A stretch of 64,000 nucleotides of DNA from Cyanobacteria bacterium P01_A01_bin.123 (GCA_039815185.1 JBCBZT010000023.1:1-64000), one strand, 5' to 3'. Counted from the first letter of the stretch, positions 1 to 10,425 are shown. Numbers and translations: made by a program. Notes: generated by a model from the letters alone, not told the origin.

Positions 1-3
1 ATC

Positions 4-1065
4 ATGACAACAACCCTACAACAGCGCGAAAGCGCCAACCTGTGGGAACAGTTTTGCGGCTGGATCACCAGTACCGAAAACCGCCTCTACGTAGGCTGGT
101 TCGGCGTACTGATGATCCCCACGCTGCTCGCTGCGACCGCTTGCTTCGTGATCGCCTTCATTGCTGCACCCCCCGTTGACATCGACGGCATCCGTGAGCC
201 CGTTGCTGGTTCCTTGATGTACGGCAACAACATCATCTCCGGTGCAGTCGTACCTTCCTCCAACGCCATCGGTCTGCACTTCTACCCCATCTGGGAAGCA
301 GCTTCCCTCGATGAGTGGTTGTACAACGGTGGTCCTTACCAGTTCGTCATCTTCCACTTCCTGATTGGCGTCTTCTGCTACATGGGTCGTGAGTGGGAAC
401 TCTCCTACCGTTTGGGAATGCGTCCTTGGATCTGTGTTGCTTACTCTGCACCTGTTGCAGCAGCCTCCGCAGTCTTCTTGATCTATCCCTTGGGTCAAGG
501 TTCCTTCTCCGATGGCATGCCCTTGGGAATCTCGGGAACCTTCAACTTCATGTTGGTGTTCCAAGCCGAGCACAACATCTTGATGCACCCCTTCCACATG
601 CTAGGTGTGGCTGGCGTCTTCGGCGGTTCCTTGTTCAGTGCGATGCACGGTTCCTTGGTGACCTCCTCGTTGGTGCGTGAGACCACCGAGACTGAGTCAC
701 AGAACTACGGTTACAAGTTTGGCCAAGAAGAAGAGACCTACAACATCGTTGCAGCCCACGGCTACTTCGGTCGTTTGATCTTCCAATATGCCAGCTTCAA
801 CAACTCTCGTAGCTTGCACTTCTTCTTGGGTGCATGGCCAGTGATCGGCATCTGGTTCACGGCATTGGGCATCAGCACGATGGCGTTCAACCTGAACGGG
901 TTCAACTTCAACCAGTCCATCTTGGATAGCCAAGGCCGTGTCATCGGTACCTGGGCTGATGTGATCAACCGGGCCAACCTGGGTATGGAAGTGATGCATG
1001 AGCGCAATGCGCACAACTTCCCCCTCGACTTGGCTACCACTGAAGCTCCCGAAATCATCGGTTAG
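4..1065 (+). CDS. psbA: Photosystem II reaction centre protein D1 (Glu130, high-light-type form)
   Basis: Unmistakable D1 sequence; Mn-cluster ligand region [13 protein letters not shown] intact; CYMGREWEL gives E130; strong codon bias. Confidence 0.99.
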   Translation: MTTTLQQRESANLWEQFCGWITSTENRLYVGWFGVLMIPTLLAATACFVIAFIAAPPVDIDGIREPVAGSLMYGNNIISGAVVPSSNAIGLHFYPIWEAASLDEWLYNGGPYQFVIFHFLIGVFCYMGREWELSYRLGMRPWICVAYSAPVAAASAVFLIYPLGQGSFSDGMPLGISGTFNFMLVFQAEHNILMHPFHMLGVAGVFGGSLFSAMHGSLVTSSLVRETTETESQNYGYKFGQEEETYNIVAAHGYFGRLIFQYASFNNSRSLHFFLGAWPVIGIWFTALGISTMAFNLNGFNFNQSILDSQGRVIGTWADVINRANLGMEVMHERNAHNFPLDLATTEAPEIIG

Positions 1066-1100
1066 ATTCAGTTTCGGGATGATCTCGTTATCATCTAATT

Positions 1101-1135
1101 AGAAAGGGTGCTTCTCTCCTGGAAGCGCCCTTTCT
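1101..1135 (+). terminator. Intrinsic terminator after psbA
   Basis: AGAAAGGGTGCTTC-loop-GAAGCGCCCTTTCT hairpin followed by a T-rich tract. Confidence 0.85.
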
Positions 1136-1644
1136 TGTATTTTCTGATGCCATTGTGCAGGCCAGATTGTTTAATGCGCCGAGTATCATTACATTGATGG
1201 GTCTAAAAACAATCCGTTTCAATCCACACCAAGTATTGACTTACTGCGGCTCATTTCCCATCAAATCTACAGTTTGGGAGAGTCGGCCATGGGCCAATGG
1301 GGCGAACACGAGAACTTATGCAGCATTTAGACGTTGTCGATCGATTGTTGCCACTGCTGCTTCAGGGTTTTAAAACATCAACGATTCGGTGGCAAGAAGC
1401 CCCTATATCTCTTGGAGCACTGGAATATCGATGCGAAAGTAATCCAAAGGTCAAGGTTAGAGTGTGGGTCGTAAAAGTGACTCACATGCCCCTTTCAGCG
1501 GCAGCGGCATATCTGGGTAGAGCAGCGGAGTGGTCACCTGACATCATGCTCATCGGTATGAGGGCACACTATCCGAGCATTGAGTTGTCAGATATGGTAC
1601 AAGTCATTGAACATCTAACCCCGGAAGAATCGAAGCCAAAGCTA

Positions 1645-2391
1645 ATGTCATCTATGAAGATACTGCTGATCCATGGGCTGATAGGTTCTCTTAACGATCC
1701 TCGCATTGTTGATGCTTTTGGCGATGTGGAGGTTTTAGCACCGGATTTACTGGGTTACGGTGAGTTTGCATCATTTCCAACCGAAAATCTAACGCTACAA
1801 GATCAAGCTGACCATCTCGCCAATTGGCTGCGAGGCTCTAGCTCTGAATCTGTTCACGTTGTGGGCCATTCTGTAGGTGGTGCTGTGGGATTGCTGCTTG
1901 CCTATACTTATCCGGCATTGGTGGCTTCATACGTCTCGGTTGAAGGAAACATGACGTTGAAAGATGCTTTCTGGTCTGCTGAACTCTCAAGAAAGCCAGA
2001 TAGCGAGGTTGCATCCATAGTCGAAAGTTATCGGCAGGATGTTCGAAGCTGGATCGGTGCCGCAGGGGTTGAACCCACAGCGCTAGCGCTGGATATAGCC
2101 GGGGCATGGATAGATCATCAGCCGCCTTCTACAATCAAAGCCCAGGCCAAAGCCGTGGTTGAGGCAACCCGTAACGACGAATACTTGAACAAACTTAGAG
2201 TGCTAATCCAAAGGGGGCATTGGATTCATCTTGTTGCTGGAGAGAAATCTCGATCAGACTGGGACATACCTGCGTGGGTTGAACAAGCGTCAACTTCGAC
2301 GACAACGATGGAAAATCGAGGACATTTAATGATGTTGGAATCACCAGAGGAATTTGCCGACACCATTGTTCGGGTATTATCGCCTGTGTAG
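1645..2391 (+). CDS. Alpha/beta fold hydrolase
   Basis: ILLIHG, APDLLGYG, GHSVGG nucleophile elbow and C-terminal GHLMMLE; true start probably ATG 1645 or 1654, not 1297. Confidence 0.85.
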   Translation: MSSMKILLIHGLIGSLNDPRIVDAFGDVEVLAPDLLGYGEFASFPTENLTLQDQADHLANWLRGSSSESVHVVGHSVGGAVGLLLAYTYPALVASYVSVEGNMTLKDAFWSAELSRKPDSEVASIVESYRQDVRSWIGAAGVEPTALALDIAGAWIDHQPPSTIKAQAKAVVEATRNDEYLNKLRVLIQRGHWIHLVAGEKSRSDWDIPAWVEQASTSTTTMENRGHLMMLESPEEFADTIVRVLSPV

Positions 2392-2414
2392 GAAGATAGA
2401 CTTAACCCAACCCG

Positions 2415-3995
2415 TCATGAAAAGTCGTATAGCCTCACCCTAACATCAGGATATTTTACAGTTTCCAAAGGCTTTCCCAGCTGCTTCAACCATTGAATAA
2501 TCGCAGCCTCGCTATCAGGGTGTTTACGTGCTGCCAGCACTATCCATATCCGCTTTCTGTCAAGCTGATCTGCCTTTAATGCCGTTAAGGCTTGCTGATA
2601 CTGTTCCAGATTGCCTGCTTCCAGGTCGTTCAATTCAACATCACTCAGTTGATTCATCATAGTATCTGCCATTGGCAAGTCAAACCGGCTGAAATAGTAA
2701 TGAAACTGTAGGTCTGCCGATGTAAAAACATGGAGCTTATTGCCTGGCTGCCAATGGTTGTCAATGTACGCGATCGCTGGTCTGACATGATCAAAATGGA
2801 GTCGAGTTGGCCTGATAAAATTGTTTAACGCTTGTCCCAGGGGCATTACCAACAGCCCCACTGCGACTACAGCACTGATCATTTTTAACGCTTGAGGCCG
2901 TTTGTGCCATTGCCTTAGCCAAAACACAATGCCGTCTGCCAAAATCGCAAGTCCAAAAGGGACTAAAAATAGAATCAGCCGATCCCTAAAAGGGTACTGA
3001 TGCAGATAGGCAGCGCATAGTGTCACTGCAAACGGCCCGCTCAGGTATATCAGCCGTAGCCGATTTGTCCGATATAGGTGTATGCAGCCGGTTACAAAGG
3101 CCACCATTGCAACAGCATCAGTGATAGCGACAAACCCTAAAGGGCGGTGAAAGAAACGTCCAAAGGAATCAACCAGCCACAGGAGGTCGTACCAGCCACT
3201 GGGATAACGTTCTGCCCAATTCTCTGCCAGACTGGTTTCCGCCAACGTGTTGCGTATAATCCTAAAATAAAGACCGCTAAAGCTGGCAATCCATCCTGCA
3301 TACAGAGGCAGTCGTCTGAGCAGAAACGCTCGCAGTTCTGACCAGGATGATTTCCACAGCGACAGCTTGACTAAGTTGGCCGCTTCTACACCGGCAATTA
3401 TAAAGATACTGGGGTACGATAGCCAGATGCCTACTATCCCCAGGCTACCTGCAGTGAGCAGTTGACTCAGCCTTGGCCTTAAGGTATTTAGGGAGGCCAC
3501 TGTCATAAACAGCAATAATCCGAGGGCCATGTCCCAGCTATAGGGCTTGATTTCAGCTGCAAAGTAAACAAGGTACTCAAGCGTGCCGAGCAGCATCATC
3601 GTAATTGGTCTCGCCCACCCTTGAGTAAAGGACTGAGTGAAGCGATAGCAAGCTATTAATGAGAGTAGCCCCCCCAGTAGCGGAAACAGCCGCAGCGCAT
3701 ATTCACTATTTCCCCAGGTTTCGAGAGCAAATTTCTCAATCCACAAAAACAGGGGGGGCGCGGCCTGATTGTAAGTTAGTGCGTTGAGCAGGTCGATGTA
3801 GCCGCGCTCCATCAGGTTGAGCACGAGAGCCGCCTCATCAAACCAGAGTGAACGATTGCTGAAGTATAACCCTAATCTCATCACCACTCCTATTACCAGC
3901 CCCAGCAGAGAACAAATCTCTAACCAGCGGGATAGGGGGTAGGTGGGCAAGGGTAGCTTACGAACAAACATGGTTTGACTAGCATGATGTTGCAT
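2415..3995 (-). CDS. GT-C (PMT/ArnT-like, GT39-like) membrane glycosyltransferase
   Basis: RSLWFDEA, APPLF, EYALRLFP and EIKPYS motifs; many transmembrane segments. Confidence 0.8.
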   Translation of the reverse strand: MQHHASQTMFVRKLPLPTYPLSRWLEICSLLGLVIGVVMRLGLYFSNRSLWFDEAALVLNLMERGYIDLLNALTYNQAAPPLFLWIEKFALETWGNSEYALRLFPLLGGLLSLIACYRFTQSFTQGWARPITMMLLGTLEYLVYFAAEIKPYSWDMALGLLLFMTVASLNTLRPRLSQLLTAGSLGIVGIWLSYPSIFIIAGVEAANLVKLSLWKSSWSELRAFLLRRLPLYAGWIASFSGLYFRIIRNTLAETSLAENWAERYPSGWYDLLWLVDSFGRFFHRPLGFVAITDAVAMVAFVTGCIHLYRTNRLRLIYLSGPFAVTLCAAYLHQYPFRDRLILFLVPFGLAILADGIVFWLRQWHKRPQALKMISAVVAVGLLVMPLGQALNNFIRPTRLHFDHVRPAIAYIDNHWQPGNKLHVFTSADLQFHYYFSRFDLPMADTMMNQLSDVELNDLEAGNLEQYQQALTALKADQLDRKRIWIVLAARKHPDSEAAIIQWLKQLGKPLETVKYPDVRVRLYDFS

Positions 3996-4042
3996 CGTTC
4001 ACCACGTTAGCGTGCCATGGGGCACTTTAAAGGACTGCCCGG

Positions 4043-5743
4043 CTAGCTTTCAATCATCACGACCCGTTGTTGCAACTTTTGCAGATAGTATTTGCTGGCA
4101 CCGTCATGAGGATTGATGTTTAAGCAAGCTTTGAATTCAGCTTCAGCGTCACACCAGCGTTGTTCGTCAAAGGTCGAGAGGGCGGCTTCAAAGCGATCGC
4201 GCAATTCCAGCCGATCAGCACTCAATTCACCGACTGCTCCCAGCAGTTCGTAAACCCAGACAACCTCTCCACCATGATTCAGCGTCAGACGATCGATACG
4301 GCGAGTTTCAAAGAAATCGCTGACCAACTGTTGGGTGGCGTCAGTGATCAAGATTTGGGTGCCGTAATTGCGGTTGGCTTCTTCCATGCGTTCGGCCCAT
4401 TGGACTGTTGGCCCAACGATGGTGTAAGACTTTGATCTCTCAGACCCAATATTGCCTGCGACGAGCTCACCAGAAGCTAAGCCAATGCGAATCTGCAGAT
4501 CTGGAAGACCTTTGCGAATTCCCATGATCTCTGGCAGCATTCGTCGCAGTTTGGTGAGCTGGCTGGATTGTTCTAGAGCAGCGTAACAGGCGAGTTTGGC
4601 ATGATCGCGATCGCTGACAAAGGGCGGCCCCCAAAAGGCACTGACTGCATCGCCGAGGAACTGGTTGATGACGCCCCCGTGTTCAGTAATCGGTGCAGAG
4701 GCGAGGGTGAGGTATTGATTAATCAACGTCACTAAACCAGTCGGAGTTAGCATTTCGCTGATGCTGGTAAATCCGGCGATGTCTGAGAGAAACACTGTCA
4801 TCATTTGCTTTGACCCGTGTTCAGCTTGATGCTGCTGCTCTACTAGGGTTTCGACGACGCGGGGATCGACGTACTGTCCAAATGTTGCTTTCAGCCGTTC
4901 CTTTTCACGAATTTCCTGCACCATGTCGTTAAACGAATGGGTCAGTTTACCAATTTCATCCTGAGAGGCAATCGGTAGCGCCAAGTCTAGATTACCCTGC
5001 TCTACTTCGCGGGTGCTGGCAACGAGCCTTCTGACTGGACGAACTAAACTGGTTGTCACGAGTGAGGCAAAGGCTATGCCCAATACCGTGGCGCTGCCGA
5101 CCAGTATCCAACTCAGTCTTATCGTTTGCCGTTCGTGCTTTTCTGCGATTAGCGCCGATGCTTCGGTAAACTCGGCCAGCTCTCGTAAAAGCCGCTGGGC
5201 CCGCTGGTCAAAGTCTTCTTCGTAATCTGCCAGTTGCGTATTGAGTAATTCAGCCGCTGCGGTGTCGCCTGCGGCAAACAGCTCAATCACGACAAGACCT
5301 TGGTCGTGAAATTTTTGATGTTCTTCTTCTAAGACCTCCAGGAGTGCTTCAACTCGAGTGAGCTCAATCACCCCTGCCAATCGATGAGAATTATTGACAG
5401 ACTCCTGGGCTAAGGCGATCGCGGCTTCAAGTTCTTCATCGACGAGCTGACCTCGGTCTTCAAACGCAGCTAGCTCCTGCTGTAGCTTTGCCTGATCGAG
5501 AGGCTCAATCTCATAGATTTTGAATATACGTTGGAGGTGAATCTCTTGCTCAAGCACGTGAACATTCACCAGGGCCACCGACTCTGTCAAGGGTGTCAGG
5601 TACTCGGCAATGTCGATTAGTTCACCATTGACCTGTCGGATGCGAGTTGTGCTGAGATAGGTGACGCCGAGCAGTAGGGCCAACATGCTGCTGGCAACAC
5701 CGAAGATTTTGACACCGATGGGGAGAGTAAGGCGGGAGAACAT
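4043..5743 (-). CDS. Membrane class III adenylate/guanylate cyclase (TM-helical sensor-TM-HAMP-cyclase-TPR-like tail); keeps both metal-binding Asp but lacks the canonical Lys and Asn
   Basis: HAMP (PVRRL...DEIGKLTHSFNDM), FGQYVDP, SDIAGFT, NQFLGDA, GNIGS, YTIVGPTVQWAER. Confidence 0.92.
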   Translation of the reverse strand: MFSRLTLPIGVKIFGVASSMLALLLGVTYLSTTRIRQVNGELIDIAEYLTPLTESVALVNVHVLEQEIHLQRIFKIYEIEPLDQAKLQQELAAFEDRGQLVDEELEAAIALAQESVNNSHRLAGVIELTRVEALLEVLEEEHQKFHDQGLVVIELFAAGDTAAAELLNTQLADYEEDFDQRAQRLLRELAEFTEASALIAEKHERQTIRLSWILVGSATVLGIAFASLVTTSLVRPVRRLVASTREVEQGNLDLALPIASQDEIGKLTHSFNDMVQEIREKERLKATFGQYVDPRVVETLVEQQHQAEHGSKQMMTVFLSDIAGFTSISEMLTPTGLVTLINQYLTLASAPITEHGGVINQFLGDAVSAFWGPPFVSDRDHAKLACYAALEQSSQLTKLRRMLPEIMGIRKGLPDLQIRIGLASGELVAGNIGSERSKSYTIVGPTVQWAERMEEANRNYGTQILITDATQQLVSDFFETRRIDRLTLNHGGEVVWVYELLGAVGELSADRLELRDRFEAALSTFDEQRWCDAEAEFKACLNINPHDGASKYYLQKLQQRVVMIES

Positions 5744-5825
5744 GGAGAGTGGGGTGGTGGGTAATGTTGGATTTTAGATTTTGAGTTGGGCGTCGTTAGC
5801 GGTTACTTTTAACCTGCGCTTCTCC

Positions 5826-7616
5826 CTACTTTTCCGTCAGCTGCCAAATGCCTTGCCAGTCTTCACCGGGTGGGTTTTGTCTTAGCAGTTCTAAACGCTC
5901 GAGGAATAGGGCTGCGGGGCGATCGCTGGGGAGCAGTGCAAGGCAGGCTTCAAAGTGAGATTGGGCAATGTTCCATTGTTGATTGCGGTAGGCAGTGAGT
6001 CCTTGCTCGAAGGTGTCGCGGACGGTGAGGACAGGATTGGCAGTGGTGCCTTTGTGGCCGAGTAGCTCGTAGATGCGGATGGGTTCTTCTTTGCCCAGCA
6101 CTTGAATTAGGTCGATTTCTCGGGTTTCCATGACCTCAGCTACCTGGGTTTGGGTCGCGCCGGTCATCAAAATAGGTACGTCATATTGTTTGCTGCTGCC
6201 TTTGAGGCGTGAGGCGGTGTTAACGGTGTCGCCCATGACGGTGTAAGACTTAGCCGAATCTGACCCCATGTTGCCGACTACCAGCGCCCCAGTGGCGATA
6301 CCGATGGTGAGATGGAGGTCAGGGATGGGGCGATCGCCTGCAAACTTAGCCATCAATTGCTGTAAGCTATCGAGGCAATTCCGTTGAGCGATCGCGGCTT
6401 CACAGGCCAATACGGCGTGGTTTCGATCTTGGCTAAAGGGCGGCCCCCAGAAGCCCATGACCATCGTGCCGATGAACTTGTCAATCACCCCATCGTGGGT
6501 TGAAACTGGCGCAGCCAGGAGGCTTAGATAGGTGTTGATAAACTGTACGAGGTCATCGGGCGGCAGGCTTTCAGCAAAGGTACTGACCCCAGCTAGGTCA
6601 GCAAAAAAGACGGTCATCACTTGGCGTTCTCCGGCGATCGCAGTTTCGGTTGAAGCGGTCATTAAACTCCGAACAATGCGGGGATCGACGTATTTACCAA
6701 AGGTGTCTTCTAGCCGAGCTTTGAGCCGAATTTCTTGCATCATGCCGTTGAAGGCTCGGGCTAGGGTGCCAACTTCATCACGGCTGGTGACCTCCAGTTG
6801 GGTATCTAGGTTGCCATCGCGGACGGCTTGCAAACTGCGAGTTAGATTGCGGACGGGGCGGACTAGACCAACGGTAATCAAAAAGGCATAGCAAAGGCCA
6901 AATCCAGTGGCGATCGCAGCAGTGACGATACTCAACGTTTGCACGGTTTGTTGGTGACGTTGCCCTGATTGAGCGGCGCGGACGGTAAACGCTTCTAGCT
7001 CCAAAAAGATTTCGTTGATTGCCTGGTTGAAGTTTTCTTCTTCCTCAATCAGCTGGTCTCCGAGCTGACGGGCAGTTTCTAAGTCCCCAGCTTCTAGGTG
7101 CTCCAAGATAGTGACTGCATGGCTTTGAAATCGCTGGTGTTCTGCTTCAATTTCTGTCAGCATGGGTGCAACTTTGGCCCACTCATCGCGATGGGTCGTG
7201 ATCTGGGGTTGGGCCAGGGCCAACTGGGTTAACTCAATGGCATCCCGCAGTTCTTGATCGACGGCTTCGCCCCGGTTTTCAAATTTTTGCTTTTCGCTGC
7301 GAATTTGCGTCAGCGGCGGCGGCTCAATTTCGTAGAGATACTGAATCCGTTCGAAGTGGAGCTCTTGCTCTAGGGCATGCACATCAACTTCTGCGACCAA
7401 ATCGGTGATCGGCAGGGCATAGTCGGCTAGGGCCGTAATTTCTTCGTTGACCCGCCGTAGACGGTTGGCTGAGGTCGCCACCACAAAGATCAGCAGCGCC
7501 AGCAAACTGGTGGCAATGCCAAAAATCTTGAAGCCGATAGACAGTCCCTGGGGCGATCGCGCCAGCGCTGACGGGGCAGTTTGCGGTCTGTGGGTCTCAA
7601 TCGAAGATTGTGCCAT
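5826..7616 (-). CDS. Membrane class III adenylate cyclase paralogue; keeps Lys/Thr/Asn/Arg but the second metal-binding Asp is Thr
   Basis: HAMP (DEVGTLARAFNGM), FGKYVDP, ADLAGVS, DKFIGT, YTVMGDTVNTASR, C-terminal W-x-G-x-W-x-LTEK. Confidence 0.92.
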   Translation of the reverse strand: MAQSSIETHRPQTAPSALARSPQGLSIGFKIFGIATSLLALLIFVVATSANRLRRVNEEITALADYALPITDLVAEVDVHALEQELHFERIQYLYEIEPPPLTQIRSEKQKFENRGEAVDQELRDAIELTQLALAQPQITTHRDEWAKVAPMLTEIEAEHQRFQSHAVTILEHLEAGDLETARQLGDQLIEEEENFNQAINEIFLELEAFTVRAAQSGQRHQQTVQTLSIVTAAIATGFGLCYAFLITVGLVRPVRNLTRSLQAVRDGNLDTQLEVTSRDEVGTLARAFNGMMQEIRLKARLEDTFGKYVDPRIVRSLMTASTETAIAGERQVMTVFFADLAGVSTFAESLPPDDLVQFINTYLSLLAAPVSTHDGVIDKFIGTMVMGFWGPPFSQDRNHAVLACEAAIAQRNCLDSLQQLMAKFAGDRPIPDLHLTIGIATGALVVGNMGSDSAKSYTVMGDTVNTASRLKGSSKQYDVPILMTGATQTQVAEVMETREIDLIQVLGKEEPIRIYELLGHKGTTANPVLTVRDTFEQGLTAYRNQQWNIAQSHFEACLALLPSDRPAALFLERLELLRQNPPGEDWQGIWQLTEK

Positions 7617-7729
7617 CTGCTGGGGTTACGCATCCACGTTCACTATTTCCAGGTTGCCCATCCCCTCCGGGCAAATACCGATCCGACCCATTCGGTATAC
7701 TGAAATGCACAGAGGTGAACTAACCTATC

Positions 7730-8107
7730 ATGGCGGTCGAAATCCCCACAATTCAGTTTTATGAAGGCATTTCGGAAGTTTTAAGCAATATCAGCTTGCG
7801 GCGCAATCGCACGACAGGGGAGCGATCGCTGCTGTTGATGTTTGAACAGCTCAAATCAATCGAGCGCTTCAATACCTTTCGCCATCGGTTTGCGGGCAGC
7901 CTCAATTTGGAAGATAGTGAAGGCAAAATCGCGATCGAACCGTCCGATATTCGATTTGTGTTTGGCGGGCCTGAAGGGGATGATCTAATGCGGGTGGAGT
8001 GCATCCTCGCGGTAGATCGGGACGATCATTGGGAACGGTTAATGCGGTTTATGGAACGCTATGCAACCGCAAACGGTATGGAATATGGAGAGCGGAGTCA
8101 AACATGA
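7730..8107 (+). CDS. psb28: Photosystem II assembly factor Psb28 (Psb28-2 type)
   Basis: IQFYEGISE, DSEGKI and WERLMRFMERYATANGM motifs. Confidence 0.92.
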   Translation: MAVEIPTIQFYEGISEVLSNISLRRNRTTGERSLLLMFEQLKSIERFNTFRHRFAGSLNLEDSEGKIAIEPSDIRFVFGGPEGDDLMRVECILAVDRDDHWERLMRFMERYATANGMEYGERSQT

Positions 8108-9024
8108 AAGTGGCAATTACGGGTGCAACGGGGTTTGTTGGGAGCCGATTGGTAAAACGACTCCAGACAGAAGGCCATACGGTTTTGGTGTTGACTCGCG
8201 ATCGCCATCGCGCCCAAAAAGTCTTTCCCAGTAGTTCGTTCCCCAAGCTTGAATTTGTCGCCTACACACCGCTCCAGTCTGGGGATTGGCAAACCGCAAT
8301 TTCGGGTTGCGACGCAGTGATCAATCTGGCTGGAGAACCGATTTCGGAACGGTGGACGCCGGAGCGCAAACGGGCCATTTTGGAGAGTCGCAAAGTTGGG
8401 ACGGAAAAAATTGTCGAAGCGATCGCCCAAGCAGCGGTCAAACCCACTGTGCTGGTGAGCGGTTCTGCCATTGGCTACTATGGCACCAGCGAAACGGCTA
8501 AGTTTGACGAAACCAGCGCACCGGATCCGGCCAATTTTCTCTCTCAGGTTTGCCAAGATTGGGAAGCCGCTGCCCAGGTTGTGAGGACATCCGGAACGCG
8601 GCTGGTGATTTTACGCATTGGCATTGTGTTGGGTATGGGGGGCGCGATCGCCCGTATGATTACGCCCTTCCGTCTCTATGCTGGGGGACCCATCGGCAGC
8701 GGTAAGCAGTGGTTTTCCTGGATTCATCGAGATGATTTGGTTGATTTGATGATCAAAGCGATGACCGACAACAACATGCAGGGCGTCTATAACGCAACTG
8801 CCCCTAACCCGGTCAGGATGAACGATCTTTGCAACGCCCTGGGTAAAGCGATGGATCGTCCCTCTTGGTTGCCGGTTCCTGACTTTGCGATTCAAGCCCT
8901 GCTTGGCGACGGAGCCCAGGTTGTCTTAGAAGGGCAGCAAGTCTTCCCCAAACGCACCCAGACGACTGATTTTAAGTACCAATATCCAGAGGTTGAGTCG
9001 GCACTCAAGTCGATTGTGACTTGA
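8104..9024 (+). CDS. TIGR01777/YfcH-type epimerase-like oxidoreductase
   Basis: MKVAITGATGFVG, NLAGEPI, GSGKQWFSWIHRDD; ATGA overlap with the psb28 stop. Confidence 0.9.
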   Translation: MKVAITGATGFVGSRLVKRLQTEGHTVLVLTRDRHRAQKVFPSSSFPKLEFVAYTPLQSGDWQTAISGCDAVINLAGEPISERWTPERKRAILESRKVGTEKIVEAIAQAAVKPTVLVSGSAIGYYGTSETAKFDETSAPDPANFLSQVCQDWEAAAQVVRTSGTRLVILRIGIVLGMGGAIARMITPFRLYAGGPIGSGKQWFSWIHRDDLVDLMIKAMTDNNMQGVYNATAPNPVRMNDLCNALGKAMDRPSWLPVPDFAIQALLGDGAQVVLEGQQVFPKRTQTTDFKYQYPEVESALKSIVT

Positions 9025-9057
9025 CGCTTGACTCCATTCAGAGTGCCGATTCTATAT

Positions 9058-10425
9058 CTATACATCGAGCTGCTTGTGAATATCTGAGATTTCGGATTCT
9101 AGCTGAGCTAATTTTGCCTTCAAAGCCGCAATGTTGGGGTGCGGAACAGCTTCCTCGGACTTTTGAGGCAATCGCTCGACAATTGCTTGAGGCATTTGAG
9201 ATGTTGCTTGAACCTGAAGCTGTCCCCCCTCCGGCTTTTGAGGCAATGGGATCACTTTTTCTTGATCCATGTGAGCCCTTATCTGAGCCTCAGCCTGAGC
9301 CCCTTCTACTACCTGCTCAAAATCAGACTTTCTGCTGGCAAATGCATGGATAAAGCCATTCACATAGGGACTGACTAAGTCAGCCTGGGCAGGACTCAGA
9401 ATTGTTAGAATCTGCCCAAACAGTAGCTGATTCGATAACGCCATAAATTCCCATTTGATCCCAATCGCTGGATTCACCATCGCGAATAAGGGGACGAGCT
9501 CATCTTCAATGGGCGATAGGCTTTCCTCTAAGAAAGATAGCCAAAAATAAGCCTGGATCATCTGCTGATCGCGGATAGAAGAGTGAGCCACCTCCGGATT
9601 ACTAAGATGACCGCGACGGCTGTAGTGATCGGGTAATTGCACCCGCAACTGATTATGAATTTCATGGGCGATCGCCTGACTCTGCGGCAGACAGTGCTCG
9701 ACAATGGCAAATTGAGGGCTATCCAGCGCGTGACGACTAGCAGCCAAGCAGACGCGCTGCCAAGGAAGGGCGACTTGTTCTTCGACAAATCTAAAGTAGG
9801 GATAGATCAATAGCTGTTCTGTCTTCGATAGGTTCTGAAGCAGTAGCTTGTTGCAAAAATTCAGCAGCGTCGTTAAAAAACCCAGGGTTCGCCAGTTTTT
9901 TGAAAGGATATGCTGCTGTTGAAACTCGATCAGCAGCGGTTCTAAATCTATGGCTAACTGTTCGATGGGGGTCATCCCCCAATCTTCCATAGACAAAGAC
10001 TCCCATGCTGAAGAAACACTGCCGTCATGCTCATCTACTCGGGGCGTATACAGAATCTTCACCTGGTCGGCTGTAGAAAGGGAAGACTGTTGATAGATTT
10101 CTGCCAGTTGCAGGTAGATCAGCAAAGCAAATTCGGATAGTCGTCGAGCATCGCTAAGATTGACGACATTTGAAAGGTAGGAATAAAGGGATCGGGTCTG
10201 CAGACTAGCCATTTGGCATTTGATTGCGACCACGTTTTTGGTGATTTTAGCAGCTGTGATGCCTCGACTTACTGGGGATGCCATGTCAATCAGACGTTGT
10301 CGAAACTCGACCGTATCTTCTGCTGCTGAAATTGAGGACAGATTGGGGACGTAGCGTTTTCCCCAAATCTCAATCAATCTCTTGACTGACGGTGTTTGAG
10401 CCTGATGTGATGAAGGAATTAGCAT
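9058..10425 (-). CDS. Hypothetical protein with a possible phycobiliprotein/globin-like C-terminal region
   Basis: 455-aa ORF; HSSIRD...AYFWLSFLE segment; coiled-coil tail. Confidence 0.7.
   Translation of the reverse strand: MLIPSSHQAQTPSVKRLIEIWGKRYVPNLSSISAAEDTVEFRQRLIDMASPVSRGITAAKITKNVVAIKCQMASLQTRSLYSYLSNVVNLSDARRLSEFALLIYLQLAEIYQQSSLSTADQVKILYTPRVDEHDGSVSSAWESLSMEDWGMTPIEQLAIDLEPLLIEFQQQHILSKNWRTLGFLTTLLNFCNKLLLQNLSKTEQLLIYPYFRFVEEQVALPWQRVCLAASRHALDSPQFAIVEHCLPQSQAIAHEIHNQLRVQLPDHYSRRGHLSNPEVAHSSIRDQQMIQAYFWLSFLEESLSPIEDELVPLFAMVNPAIGIKWEFMALSNQLLFGQILTILSPAQADLVSPYVNGFIHAFASRKSDFEQVVEGAQAEAQIRAHMDQEKVIPLPQKPEGGQLQVQATSQMPQAIVERLPQKSEEAVPHPNIAALKAKLAQLESEISDIHKQLDV

Noticed and set aside
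16..1058. Antisense and alternate-frame ORFs over psbA (similar ones over katG and the ABC permease)
   Set aside because: Shadow ORFs produced by codon bias in conserved genes; no recognisable motifs.
1297..1644. N-terminal extension of the hydrolase ORF as a fused domain
   Set aside because: The hydrolase fold starts at MKILLIHG; the upstream part has no recognisable features and is probably chance open frame.
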